DNA of 64,000 nucleotides from Candidatus Saccharimonadota bacterium (lineage in GTDB: Bacteria; Patescibacteriota; Saccharimonadia; Saccharimonadales; Saccharimonadaceae). The position numbers and the translations under genes were made by a program. Of the stretch, positions 7,959 through 16,444 are shown piece by piece. Under the pieces are notes generated by a model. The model did no database searches and was not told the DNA's origin. It saw only the letters and a program-made list of their open reading frames with translations. Positions within the stretch are counted from its first letter, which is position 1. Each line of letters opens with the position of its first letter. The stretch spans positions 35 through 64,034 of the forward strand of contig JAFWHS010000001.1 in the NCBI GenBank assembly GCA_017511925.1. The letters run 5' to 3'.

Positions 7959-8226
7959 AAAATAAAACGGGTATAAGTCAATAGAAGGCGTCCACTTGAT
8001 CACAATCGGCTTTTTGACCTGCTTCGTGCAGAAAACAGGGGTAGAAATTTTTCTTGACGCGGAATGGTGAAATATTGTGAAATAGATCCGATTATTTAGC
8101 TTCGCATAATCACATTCATTATGTGGCCACATGAATACAAAAAAACTATGCCGATAAAAGTTAGCTCGCTTTCTTCGGTCTTAGATATTTCTTCTAGATG
8201 CCTTTGTTATATCACAAAAAACATCC

Positions 8227-9720
8227 TTATTTTATACTAGCAGTTTTAACGATAAATTTCACCGATTCGGCATTTACCCCACCAAAACTCCGATATGAGC
8301 CAGCCGCTGTTACCATTTGGCGTGCATTCCTAGTAAACCCAGCTAAATCATTATTTGCAAAATTAACTAATTTATCAATTCCACTAGTTTTCAAAGTGCC
8401 AAGACCATCCCGTAAGGCTACAGAACCCGCATAAAGCTGCTCCTCTCCCTCGACTAGACTACCTAAGCCCACCGTGAGCGCCGGGGCTTTCTCGGCGATT
8501 GTAGATAGCCCCATGGCCAGTCCCACAGACCCTTCCGCCGCTGTCGCCACCCCTGTAGTGTAATTAATTAAGCCACTATAAAAATCGTTATAACTATTTA
8601 GCTGTGTTTTCAAGGTCGTAGTGCTCGTCGCATCACCACCAATCGCTGTCAAGAAAGCCGCCAATGTGTCCAAAGTTTCGCCGTAATTATCAATCGTTAG
8701 TGTAATCGGTGCGCTCAAACCATACGCCCCGCCATAGAGCGAAATTGCTCCTATTAGCGTCGCATTGGCATTTAATGTTGCGTTCGCTGAATCCAGCAGA
8801 GAATTAAATACGCTCGTCGCTCCCGTTGTTAAACTATCATTATATCCAGTTAGTTTTGTAAGACCTGTCGATAATTCTTCCGCCCCTGTTGCCGCACTTG
8901 CAACTCCCTCAGATAATGCTTCCGCTCCAGCATATAATTCTTTCGCTCCAGAGAGAGCCGATTCGATTCCATTGGTAAGCGTCCCCGCCCCGCTAATTAG
9001 CTGAATGGTCCCACTTTCGAGCTCATTCATCTGACTAATTAGCGAATCTACCTCTGTCAATTTCGATGTGTCTATCTCTGCGATCAACTCGTTCATCAGC
9101 ATTGTGTATGTCGTCCCAAGTGCAAAATCTTTCACATCCGCCTCTATTGCGAATTCCCCTGGTAAGAAATCCGTTCCTAAATCTTCATTTGCCCCTAGTA
9201 CTCCATACCCCATCACTAGATAATCACCATTTTCGCTAACGATTTTCCCATTCGTGAGTTTTATATTACTAAATTTTGTTTTATCTAACTGCGCCCCAGT
9301 TACCGCCACGAATGGTATTTTTTTACCTTGATAACTTGCCGTTGCATCATAATTAAACACGATTTTTACTCGGCCTGTTTTGCCGGCTATTTCTGTTGCG
9401 CTCACTTCTGTTCCATCCAAATAATATCGCACTTTCATTTCAAACGGCAAATTCTCATTTCCACTGTAGAGCGTACTCCCAATAAAAGTACTTTTCGTCG
9501 CCCCATCAGCCCCTGCCATTACATATACAGTTTCGTTTTTGCTCCCCAGTGTTCCGCCAAAATTTACATTAGATAGATTGTTCTCCATCGCTAGCGCTCT
9601 CGTTTCAGCCAGCGTCGGCGCTTCCTCGGCTCTCGCCCTCATTTCGCTTGCTACCATCATCCCCGCACCGCCAAGTACTGCAAGCGTCAGCAATCCCCCA
9701 TAAATCACTTGTTTCTTCAT
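8227..9720 (-). CDS. secreted/anchored protein with X-X-X-Leu-X-X-Gly heptad repeats (YhgE/Pip-like, MMPL-associated)
   Basis: 497 aa; N-terminal signal/TM segment; central repeats (LISGAGTLTNGIESALSGAKELYAGAEALSEGVASAATGAEELSTGLTKL); 4-nt ATGA overlap with the upstream MMPL gene. Confidence 0.55.
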   Translation of the reverse strand: MKKQVIYGGLLTLAVLGGAGMMVASEMRARAEEAPTLAETRALAMENNLSNVNFGGTLGSKNETVYVMAGADGATKSTFIGSTLYSGNENLPFEMKVRYYLDGTEVSATEIAGKTGRVKIVFNYDATASYQGKKIPFVAVTGAQLDKTKFSNIKLTNGKIVSENGDYLVMGYGVLGANEDLGTDFLPGEFAIEADVKDFALGTTYTMLMNELIAEIDTSKLTEVDSLISQMNELESGTIQLISGAGTLTNGIESALSGAKELYAGAEALSEGVASAATGAEELSTGLTKLTGYNDSLTTGATSVFNSLLDSANATLNANATLIGAISLYGGAYGLSAPITLTIDNYGETLDTLAAFLTAIGGDATSTTTLKTQLNSYNDFYSGLINYTTGVATAAEGSVGLAMGLSTIAEKAPALTVGLGSLVEGEEQLYAGSVALRDGLGTLKTSGIDKLVNFANNDLAGFTRNARQMVTAAGSYRSFGGVNAESVKFIVKTASIK

Positions 9721-11795
9721 TTTTTACTTCCTTTCGTTAATTTTTTCATCCCTAGAGTTGTGCGAATAATCAAGGGGTCAGCTAATACCAATAGTGGCGG
9801 TAAGAATAATGGCACCGTTATTACCGAAAGCACCGCTCCACGCGCCATCAGCATCGTTAGTGATGAAATCATATCCGCCTGAGAGTATACTGCCACCCCT
9901 ACCGTCGCTGCAAATAACACCGCCCCCGATACGATAATCGACGGAATTGATGTTTCGAGCGCTACTCTCGCCGCTTCTTTTTTATCTAATCCATCCAACC
10001 GCTCCCCCTTATATCTCGTTGTCATCAAAATCGCATAGTCCACCGTCGCCCCAAGCTGAATCGTACTAATACAAATTGGCGCAATAAACGAGAGCGACTG
10101 CCCCATAAAATACGACAGCCCGATGTTCACGAAAATCGTCGTCTCTATCACCGCAATCAAAATCACCGGCAGTGACAAAGAGCCAGTCACGATTAAAATA
10201 ATCACAAAAATTACCACGATCGATACTGAGTTTACTGTCGCAAAGTCCGTCGCCGTCACCCCTATCATATCTTGAGTCAGCGCCGCCTCACCGACTAGCA
10301 GCGCCGATTTGTCATATTTCTTCAAAATCTCGTTAATCTGATTAATCTGCTCCGCCATCTCGTCCGTCGCCGTAGAATACTCCGAAATCGCAAGCGACAT
10401 CTCCCATTTGTCTGATTTCAAAACCTCCGCCACCCCTTCCGGCAACATCTCTACTGACACATTCTCACCCAGCAGACTCTCGAGATTTAGTACCGTCTTT
10501 ATCCCGTTTACCTCTTTCAATTCCTCAGTCATCGCCGTCGCCTCCGCCTGTGGCAAACCTGCATCTGAGAGAATCATATGGACATTGGATAACCCAAAAT
10601 CCTCCTCCAATTTCTTATTTGCCACTGCAAAATCCATTGTCTGCGGCAATCCGTCGCTTAGGGTATAATACACATTTTCATTCGCTTTCTGATAAGCGTA
10701 GAGAAACGGCGGTATTATCGTTACGAAAACCACCAGTAGTACAGGGGCAAACTTCACGATTTTGCTAGACACGTGCCTAAAATTCGGCAAAATCAACTTA
10801 TGGTTGCATTTCTGGAGCGCCTTATCAAATGTCAAAATTAGCGCCGGCAGCACCGTCACCGCTCCAAGTACTCCTAGTATTACTCCCTTTGCCATTACTA
10901 GCCCTAGATCAATACCTAGTGTAAACGACATAAAACAGAGCGCAATAAACCCTGCCACCGTTGTCGCCGACGACCCCACCACTGAGCGTAGTGTCGCCTT
11001 GACCGCTTTCTCCATCGCAATCTCAGAGTCTTTCTTTCGTTTTAGATACTCTCGGTACGAATGCCAGAGAAAAATCGAATAATCCATCGTCACTGCGAGT
11101 TGCAAAATTGCCGACAATGCCTTCGTGATATAAGAAATCTCTCCGAATATTACATTTGTCCCCATGTTAATCAAAATCATTATCCCAATTGACGCCAAAA
11201 ACAACACCGGTATCAACCAGTTATCCAGTAGCACCAACATCACAATCAGCGCCAACACCACCGCAATAATCACATAAAACACCTCTTCCTTCTCTGATAA
11301 TTCGCGTAAATCCGTAATAAACGCCGACATTCCCGATACGTAAATATGCCTATCTATCAGTCCTCGGATTTCTTTTACTGCCGTAACCGTCTCGTCTGCA
11401 CTTGACCCTGTATCAAAAAACACCGCAATGATCGATTCATCGCCCTTCACTACCTTTTCATAGATTTCGTCTGGCAGTATCTCTGGCGGAATCCCCGCCC
11501 CCTCTAGGCTACCTAGTCCCAAAACTGTATCTACATGTCGAACATCGCGGATTTTTTCTTCTAGCTTTGCTTGTTCAGCGAACGGTAAATCCTCTGTAAT
11601 CACCATCGAAAACGCCCCTTTTCCAAAGTTCTCTAACAGTTCATTCTGACCAATTACTGTGTCCGTTTCACTTGGTAAATAATTCAACATATCATAGTTC
11701 ACTCTTGTCGCAAAAGATCCAATCACAGACGGTATCAAAAGTAATAGCGCTACTGTCAGAATCCATTTCCGATATTTAACCACAAATCTTCCCAT
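9717..11795 (-). CDS. MMPL/RND-superfamily membrane transporter
   Basis: 692 aa; two blocks of about 5-6 TM helices separated by soluble loops; typical MMPL layout. Confidence 0.7.
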   Translation of the reverse strand: MGRFVVKYRKWILTVALLLLIPSVIGSFATRVNYDMLNYLPSETDTVIGQNELLENFGKGAFSMVITEDLPFAEQAKLEEKIRDVRHVDTVLGLGSLEGAGIPPEILPDEIYEKVVKGDESIIAVFFDTGSSADETVTAVKEIRGLIDRHIYVSGMSAFITDLRELSEKEEVFYVIIAVVLALIVMLVLLDNWLIPVLFLASIGIMILINMGTNVIFGEISYITKALSAILQLAVTMDYSIFLWHSYREYLKRKKDSEIAMEKAVKATLRSVVGSSATTVAGFIALCFMSFTLGIDLGLVMAKGVILGVLGAVTVLPALILTFDKALQKCNHKLILPNFRHVSSKIVKFAPVLLVVFVTIIPPFLYAYQKANENVYYTLSDGLPQTMDFAVANKKLEEDFGLSNVHMILSDAGLPQAEATAMTEELKEVNGIKTVLNLESLLGENVSVEMLPEGVAEVLKSDKWEMSLAISEYSTATDEMAEQINQINEILKKYDKSALLVGEAALTQDMIGVTATDFATVNSVSIVVIFVIILIVTGSLSLPVILIAVIETTIFVNIGLSYFMGQSLSFIAPICISTIQLGATVDYAILMTTRYKGERLDGLDKKEAARVALETSIPSIIVSGAVLFAATVGVAVYSQADMISSLTMLMARGAVLSVITVPLFLPPLLVLADPLIIRTTLGMKKLTKGSKK

Positions 11796-11843
11796 ATTGT
11801 CCCCTATTATATTCTATAAAACAGAGGATGAAAATAGACATTT

Positions 11844-11859
11844 CTAGGCACGTGCCTAG
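11844..11859. promoter_or_regulatory. 16-bp perfect palindrome, candidate TetR operator
   Basis: CTAGGCACGTGCCTAG lies between the divergent MMPL (start 11795) and tetR-like (start 11892) genes. Confidence 0.55.
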
Positions 11860-11891
11860 TTTTTCCAGTGAAAATGATATATAATAAGCTT

Positions 11892-12476
11892 ATGAGTAAA
11901 AATATTGAAACCACTATTGAACAAACTTTTCTAGAGCTACTTAGTCATCGCCCTATTAGTGAAATCACCATCAAAGAAATCACCACAAAATCAGGGGTTA
12001 ATCGTAATACTTTTTACTATCATTACAAGAATCTCGCCGATCTTCTCGAATCCGTCGTTCGTAAAATGGTCGACGAAATTATTGCAAACCAACCTTTGTC
12101 AGCCAATAATTCACTCGAAGATTGCTTCCTTTCATCCGTTAATTTTGCCATCACTAATCGAAAAATTATCAACAATATTTATCATTCCACTAACCGTGCA
12201 ATTTTCGAACGCCACCTCTGGCATATCTGTGACTATTCAATCTCATCTTTTCTGGGGTCTTTCCCAAATCAAAATACCTCTCCTGTGGAACTTGACGTGA
12301 TTAAGGATATTCTTAAATTTGAACTTTTCGGTTTTACGATTGACTGGATTAACCATGGTATGCCGAGCGATGTCACCGAGAAAATTCACATTCTCACAGC
12401 TAATTTGCTTCCAAAATACTCTAACAGCAAATCATATAATCAAACTGACCAAGGAGAAGCAATACCAGCAAAATAA
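11892..12476 (+). CDS. TetR/AcrR-family transcriptional regulator
   Basis: The HTH is ITIKEITTKSGVNRNTFYYHYKNLADLLE. I prefer the ATG at 11892 because TATAAT (11880-11885) lies 6 nt upstream, matching the leaderless pattern. The ORF track starts at 11868. Confidence 0.7.
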   Translation: MSKNIETTIEQTFLELLSHRPISEITIKEITTKSGVNRNTFYYHYKNLADLLESVVRKMVDEIIANQPLSANNSLEDCFLSSVNFAITNRKIINNIYHSTNRAIFERHLWHICDYSISSFLGSFPNQNTSPVELDVIKDILKFELFGFTIDWINHGMPSDVTEKIHILTANLLPKYSNSKSYNQTDQGEAIPAK

Positions 12477-12689
12477 ACCCCGATAATCCGAGCAAAAAGT
12501 TTACGCAATCTTCTTCTGCCAAGATAAACTTATGTTATAATAGAATTAGTTTCAAGTTCAGGGATGCTCTTGAAACCCAAATGTTGCGGTGATATAAATC
12601 AGCCGCATTTTTTATATACACGTAAGTATCAAATTGCGGGATACGAGCGTCACTTTTGAAGCTCGCAAGAGCTACGCAAGGAGTACCTT

Positions 12690-12833
12690 ATGGACGAGGA
12701 ATCGAAAGAAACGTCCGCGACTATCGCCAGTCTATTTAGCGTTCTAAAAAGCATTAAAGTTACACCAGAATGCATAGCACAAAATCAGTGGAAATCGGTG
12801 GGTAAAAATGGCGAGGTCGAATTCTACTATTAA
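12690..12833 (+). CDS. small 47-aa ORF upstream of the recombinase
   Basis: ATG preceded by AAGGAG; translates to MDEESKETSATIASLFSVLKSIKVTPECIAQNQWKSVGKNGEVEFYY; followed by a terminator; below the ORF-track cutoff. Confidence 0.35.
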   Translation: MDEESKETSATIASLFSVLKSIKVTPECIAQNQWKSVGKNGEVEFYY

Positions 12834-12857
12834 AATAAACATAGTTCAGAAAATCTG

Positions 12858-12888
12858 AAATCTCCGGTCGTAAGGTCGGAGATTTTTG
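12858..12888 (+). terminator. rho-independent terminator
   Basis: AAATCTCCG-GTCGTAAGGT-CGGAGATTTTTG. Confidence 0.55.
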
Positions 12889-12940
12889 TATGACGGCCAT
12901 GCTCTGCCATTTTTACCTCTGTTATGGTATAATAACTCTA

Positions 12941-14599
12941 ATGAAAGTCAAGCCGATTGCGGAACAAAAACAAGGACAAGGCGAACAGCCATTACTTAGA
13001 TATGTTTTGTATGCTCGCAAATCTTCCGAAGATGTCGGCTCACAAGCTAAATCACTTCCAGACCAAATCGCAGATTGTCTGAAATATGCCGAGGATAAAG
13101 GTATTGTCGTCGTAAACACATTGAAAGAATCGCATTCGGCGAAAATTTCTGGTAAACGCCCAGTTTTCACTCAAATGTTAAAAGACATTGAAGCTGGAAA
13201 ATACGACGGCATCTTATCTTGGCATCCAGACCGTTTAGCCCGTAATTCACTCGAAGCCGGAATGATAGTTGATATGGTGGATAGTGATAAGATTAAAGAC
13301 CTAAAATTCCCGACACTAGAATTTACGAACGATTCAAGCGGTAAACTACTCTTAAACATTATGTTTGCGATGTCTAAGCAGTATTCAGAACATTTAAGCG
13401 AGAGCGTTCAGCGCGGTGTTGATTCTAATCTTGCGCAAGGTAAATCTGGTGGCGTGCCAAAATGGGGGTATATTCGCGACGAGATAACCGGACATTACAA
13501 ACCAGATGAAAACTTTGACCTAGTAAAGCGCGGTTTGGAAATGTATATCGAGGGGTATAGCCAACGCGATATTATTAAGTTTTGGCGCGAGCATGACGTT
13601 CATCGTATGACGAAGCTAACGCGCAGAAACAAAAATGTTCGCAAGACCACTATTTACAGTAGCGAATCACCAATTAGTACAATTCTAAACGATCCATTTT
13701 ATTACGGCGTTCTCGTTCAAGGCGGTCAGAAAGTAGATTTAAGAGAAATCCTGCCAGACTTTCAACCAATGCTTACTGAAGAGCAGTTTGAACAAATTCA
13801 AGCTCTCCGCCATAAAATTAAGAAGATCCCGACTGCTTCAGTTAAAGCCGAAAAGGACAAAGTATTCATTCCGTTTCGCCAATTCGTCAAATGCGGCATT
13901 TGCGGAAATTATATGCACGTAGCGCGTTCAACCGCCAGGAATGGAGATAAATTCCTTTACTTTCGTTGCGGAAATTCAGAATGTAGCCGTAAGCAAAAGA
14001 ATATCCGCGCACAGTATATCTTAAACGATATTTATGAAACCTTAGAAGCGCTCCATTTTACGAAGAAAGACGTAATAAAAATCCAAAACAGCTTAACTGA
14101 TTATATTAACATCCGCCATAACGAACTTATTGAGGAAAAATTGCGCGTAAGCGCCGCTATAAAGGCCAAGAAACGCCGCCAGGGCGAACTTTCACAAGCT
14201 TTCATAGACTTAGGTAGTGACGCGCCAAAAGAAGCGAAGAAGATGGTAAAAGAGCAATTAGAAGAATGTCGCGAAGATATTGCGTCGCTTCAAATTGAGC
14301 GCGATGAAATTAACAACAAGATCTTTGATCCAGACCAAGTTCAAGAAATTCTGGACGAGCTTACGAACCAGCTAGATTCCTTGAGCGACAAGATGAAATC
14401 CGGCGATTCTTGGCAAAAGGACCAATTAGCCCGAAATCTATTTACGAACCTAGAAATTAATAACAAAAAAGAGGTCTCTTACAGGGTAAAAAGACCTCTT
14501 GAATCATTGCTCTCTGGGCGTTTGACCGAGAAATCTCGGTCTGGTGAGCCGGGTGGGACTCGAACCCACGACACCAAGCTTAAGAGGCTCATTGTCTAA
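12941..14599 (+). CDS. large serine recombinase (resolvase domain + recombinase domain + zinc ribbon + coiled coil)
   Basis: It has YVLYARKSSED (catalytic Ser), HPDRLARN, and CGICGNYM...FRCGNSEC (zinc ribbon). I prefer the ATG at 12941 (TGGTATAAT ends 7 nt upstream); the track starts at 12890. The last 19 codons overlap a tRNA 3' half. Confidence 0.85.
   Translation: MKVKPIAEQKQGQGEQPLLRYVLYARKSSEDVGSQAKSLPDQIADCLKYAEDKGIVVVNTLKESHSAKISGKRPVFTQMLKDIEAGKYDGILSWHPDRLARNSLEAGMIVDMVDSDKIKDLKFPTLEFTNDSSGKLLLNIMFAMSKQYSEHLSESVQRGVDSNLAQGKSGGVPKWGYIRDEITGHYKPDENFDLVKRGLEMYIEGYSQRDIIKFWREHDVHRMTKLTRRNKNVRKTTIYSSESPISTILNDPFYYGVLVQGGQKVDLREILPDFQPMLTEEQFEQIQALRHKIKKIPTASVKAEKDKVFIPFRQFVKCGICGNYMHVARSTARNGDKFLYFRCGNSECSRKQKNIRAQYILNDIYETLEALHFTKKDVIKIQNSLTDYINIRHNELIEEKLRVSAAIKAKKRRQGELSQAFIDLGSDAPKEAKKMVKEQLEECREDIASLQIERDEINNKIFDPDQVQEILDELTNQLDSLSDKMKSGDSWQKDQLARNLFTNLEINNKKEVSYRVKRPLESLLSGRLTEKSRSGEPGGTRTHDTKLKRLIV
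14542..14590 (-). pseudogene. 3' half of a split tRNA-Lys(CUU)
   Basis: rc = GAGCCTCTTAAGCTTGGTGTCGTGGGTTCGAGTCCCACCCGGCTCACCA. This covers the anticodon loop, 3' anticodon stem, variable loop, T arm, 3' acceptor strand and CCA. There is no 5' half adjacent. Confidence 0.85.
14580..14590. repeat. 11-bp direct repeat TTAAGAGGCTC (left junction of E2)
   Basis: Identical to 21122-21132; corresponds to the anticodon loop plus the 5' anticodon stem of the split tRNA. Confidence 0.85.
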
Positions 14600-14662
14600 T
14601 TATGAATATTTACTAAATTAACAGATAAAACAAGTCATCAAATATATTCACAAATATGCCCC

Positions 14663-14685
14663 GCCACCTTATTTTGCCACCTTAC
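14663..14685 (+). repeat. tandem GCCACCTTA(T/C) motifs near the E2 left end
   Basis: GCCACCTTAT-TTT-GCCACCTTAC; the same arrangement occurs at 20983-21004. Confidence 0.5.
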
Positions 14686-14690
14686 AACAT

Positions 14691-14717
14691 AAAAAAGCAC
14701 CCTTTCTGGTGTTTTTT
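14691..14717 (-). terminator. terminator downstream of tRNA-Lys
   Basis: AAAAAAGCACC-CTTTCT-GGTGTTTTTT; on the minus strand the T-run follows the stem immediately 3' of the tRNA. Confidence 0.45.
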
Positions 14718-14725
14718 GGTGATTT

Positions 14726-14802
14726 TGGTGAGCCGGGAGAGACTCGAACTCTCAACACCCTGCTTAAGAGGCAGGTGCTCTAACCAGTTGAGCTACCGGC
14801 CC
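14726..14802 (-). tRNA. tRNA-Lys (anticodon CTT), intact, with encoded CCA
   Basis: rc = GGGCCGG TA GCTC AACTGGTTA GAGC A CCTGC CTCTTAA GCAGG GTGTT GAGAG TTCGAGT CTCTC CCGGCTC A CCA. All four stems pair, with one G-U in the acceptor stem. Confidence 0.9.
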
Positions 14803-14910
14803 AAAACCCTACACATATTATACCACTTATCTGTAAAAAATGGAAGAGAAAAAACACAAATGCTCAAAGGGCCCCTTTTAAAAGAGGCCCTTTAATAGGA
14901 AAAATAAGAA

Positions 14911-16020
14911 TTAACTTAAAATTAATTTACCAAGTTTTGTTGATGCCATCCGCTCACATTCAGAATTCGCGTGTTGATATATCCTCAATGTCATTTCAAG
15001 CGTAGCATGCCCTAAAATACTCTGGCAAGTCTTCGGATCAACACCCTCATCACGCATAAAACATGCCGCCATATGACGAAGTGCATGGATCTTAATATGT
15101 GGCAACCCTGCACGCTTTGCTATATTCTGAAAGTCCCTATAAAAGTTTCTCGGTGCTATAGGAGTGCCATTTCTAGTTTGGAAAATTAACCCACTTGCTC
15201 CAGGAACAAATCGTTCTTTTAAAATACCGATTAGCCATTCATTTAAAGGCAAAGTTCTATCACTTTTATCCGTCTTTAACTCACCAACTCGAGGTCGATT
15301 ATCAATGCTAACAATTTGTTGCTTTATATGAATACGCTCGTTGGAGAAATCAACATCTTCCCAACGAAGGCCTAACACCTCGCCACGCCTTAAACCATAA
15401 TTTGCCATCAAAGCATAAGCTGCATAATAAGGACTCGTATTTTTGGCCTCGGCTAAAAATTTTCTTAACTGTTCTTTATTCCAAACAACAGGCTCTTTAG
15501 GTTTAATTGTTTTAACTTTGTAATCTCTTGCAGGATTGTTGAGGACATATTTGTGTTTCTTTGCACTAGTCAACATAGATGATAGGGCTTTTTTAGTAGC
15601 ACGCGCTTGATGTTTTGAATGTTTTTTAATTAATTTAAAAAGTCTCTCCACATCGTTCACATCAAGATTAGCAAGCTTTTTCTTACCTAATATAGGCAAA
15701 ATATACTTTTTATATAGTCTCTTATATAACTCTACCGTAGTCGGGCGTAGGCCAACATCTTCATCACTAATCTCTTCTAACCAACATTCGTAAAACTTCT
15801 CGACAGTTATACCTGCCCCCATTGTGATCTCACCTCTATCTCGCTGCGCTATGCGTTGTGCTAGTTGTTTCCTGGCCTCTTCTTGAGTCCTGCAACAGAT
15901 ATCTTGCATGACTTTATGTTCTCCAGTTGGCAACACCACAGTATATCGTGCAGCCCAACGACCATCCTTGCGTTTACTAATTGAACCAGATCCTCGTGGT
16001 CCTCTTTTTGTTTTACCCAT
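14911..16020 (-). CDS. tyrosine recombinase / phage-type integrase
   Basis: 369 aa; N-terminal SAM-like domain; C-terminal LRRGEVLGLRWEDV, HALRHMAA, LGHATLEMTLRIYQH (R..HxxR..Y catalytic pattern). Confidence 0.85.
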   Translation of the reverse strand: MGKTKRGPRGSGSISKRKDGRWAARYTVVLPTGEHKVMQDICCRTQEEARKQLAQRIAQRDRGEITMGAGITVEKFYECWLEEISDEDVGLRPTTVELYKRLYKKYILPILGKKKLANLDVNDVERLFKLIKKHSKHQARATKKALSSMLTSAKKHKYVLNNPARDYKVKTIKPKEPVVWNKEQLRKFLAEAKNTSPYYAAYALMANYGLRRGEVLGLRWEDVDFSNERIHIKQQIVSIDNRPRVGELKTDKSDRTLPLNEWLIGILKERFVPGASGLIFQTRNGTPIAPRNFYRDFQNIAKRAGLPHIKIHALRHMAACFMRDEGVDPKTCQSILGHATLEMTLRIYQHANSECERMASTKLGKLILS

Positions 16021-16021
16021 T

Positions 16022-16444
16022 TTAATATCCTCCTATTCCGGCCATCTCTCTAGCCTCATTAACCTTTTCTTCTAAAAAATTATTCAATTCAACAACAGGG
16101 ATCAATCTTCGTCCTCCTAGCTTAAAAGAAGGTAACTCATTTGCGTAAATAAGATCATATACCAAATTCCTTCCTATGCCTAAATAATTTGCGGCTTCTC
16201 TTACTCCCACTGCTCCTTTATTCCTAAAGCATATAACATTACCTTTATCAAACAACATGCTCATATCCCTATTATTGCGCGCTTTGACTATCACGTCAGC
16301 CCCTATAATGGCATTTTCTTCTGAAGGGGTGGCGAGAATATCTTTTTTATTACCCAAGCTCTCAAATAACGAGTGCATGTAGCTTGTACCGTCATTTCTG
16401 ATGTTGTTTTCCAACCTATTAGTTAATAGTAAATTCTTCATCAT
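16022..16444 (-). CDS. excisionase-family helix-turn-helix protein
   Basis: The C-terminal VREAANYLGIGRNLVYDLIYANELPSFKLGGRRLIPVVELNNFLEE is a MerR/Xis-type HTH. The start is chosen at the ATG with AAGGAGG 6 nt upstream; the track starts at 16468. Confidence 0.6.
   Translation of the reverse strand: MMKNLLLTNRLENNIRNDGTSYMHSLFESLGNKKDILATPSEENAIIGADVIVKARNNRDMSMLFDKGNVICFRNKGAVGVREAANYLGIGRNLVYDLIYANELPSFKLGGRRLIPVVELNNFLEEKVNEAREMAGIGGY

Larger units (their letters stand above)
6971..14590. mobile_element. integrative island E1 with a large serine recombinase at its right end (left boundary approximate)
   Basis: An intact recombinase abuts the displaced tRNA-Lys 3' half. The island carries the paralog gene with the conserved leader and TetR-MMPL cargo. 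The left limit is inferred from the degenerate tRNA-like string at 6928-6970. Confidence 0.4.

Noticed and set aside
7307-8132. ORFs 7307-7534(-), 7570-7923(-), 7833-8132(-)
   Set aside because: They are antisense to, or overlap, the conserved paralog gene and its leader, and have no start-site signals.
12890-12940. Upstream ATG (12890) for the serine recombinase
   Set aside because: It would place the terminator tail and the TGGTATAAT promoter inside the coding region. The ATG at 12941 gives the usual short N-terminus before the YxxARxSS catalytic motif.
14656-14895. 79-aa ORF
   Set aside because: It reads straight through the intact tRNA-Lys gene on the opposite strand.
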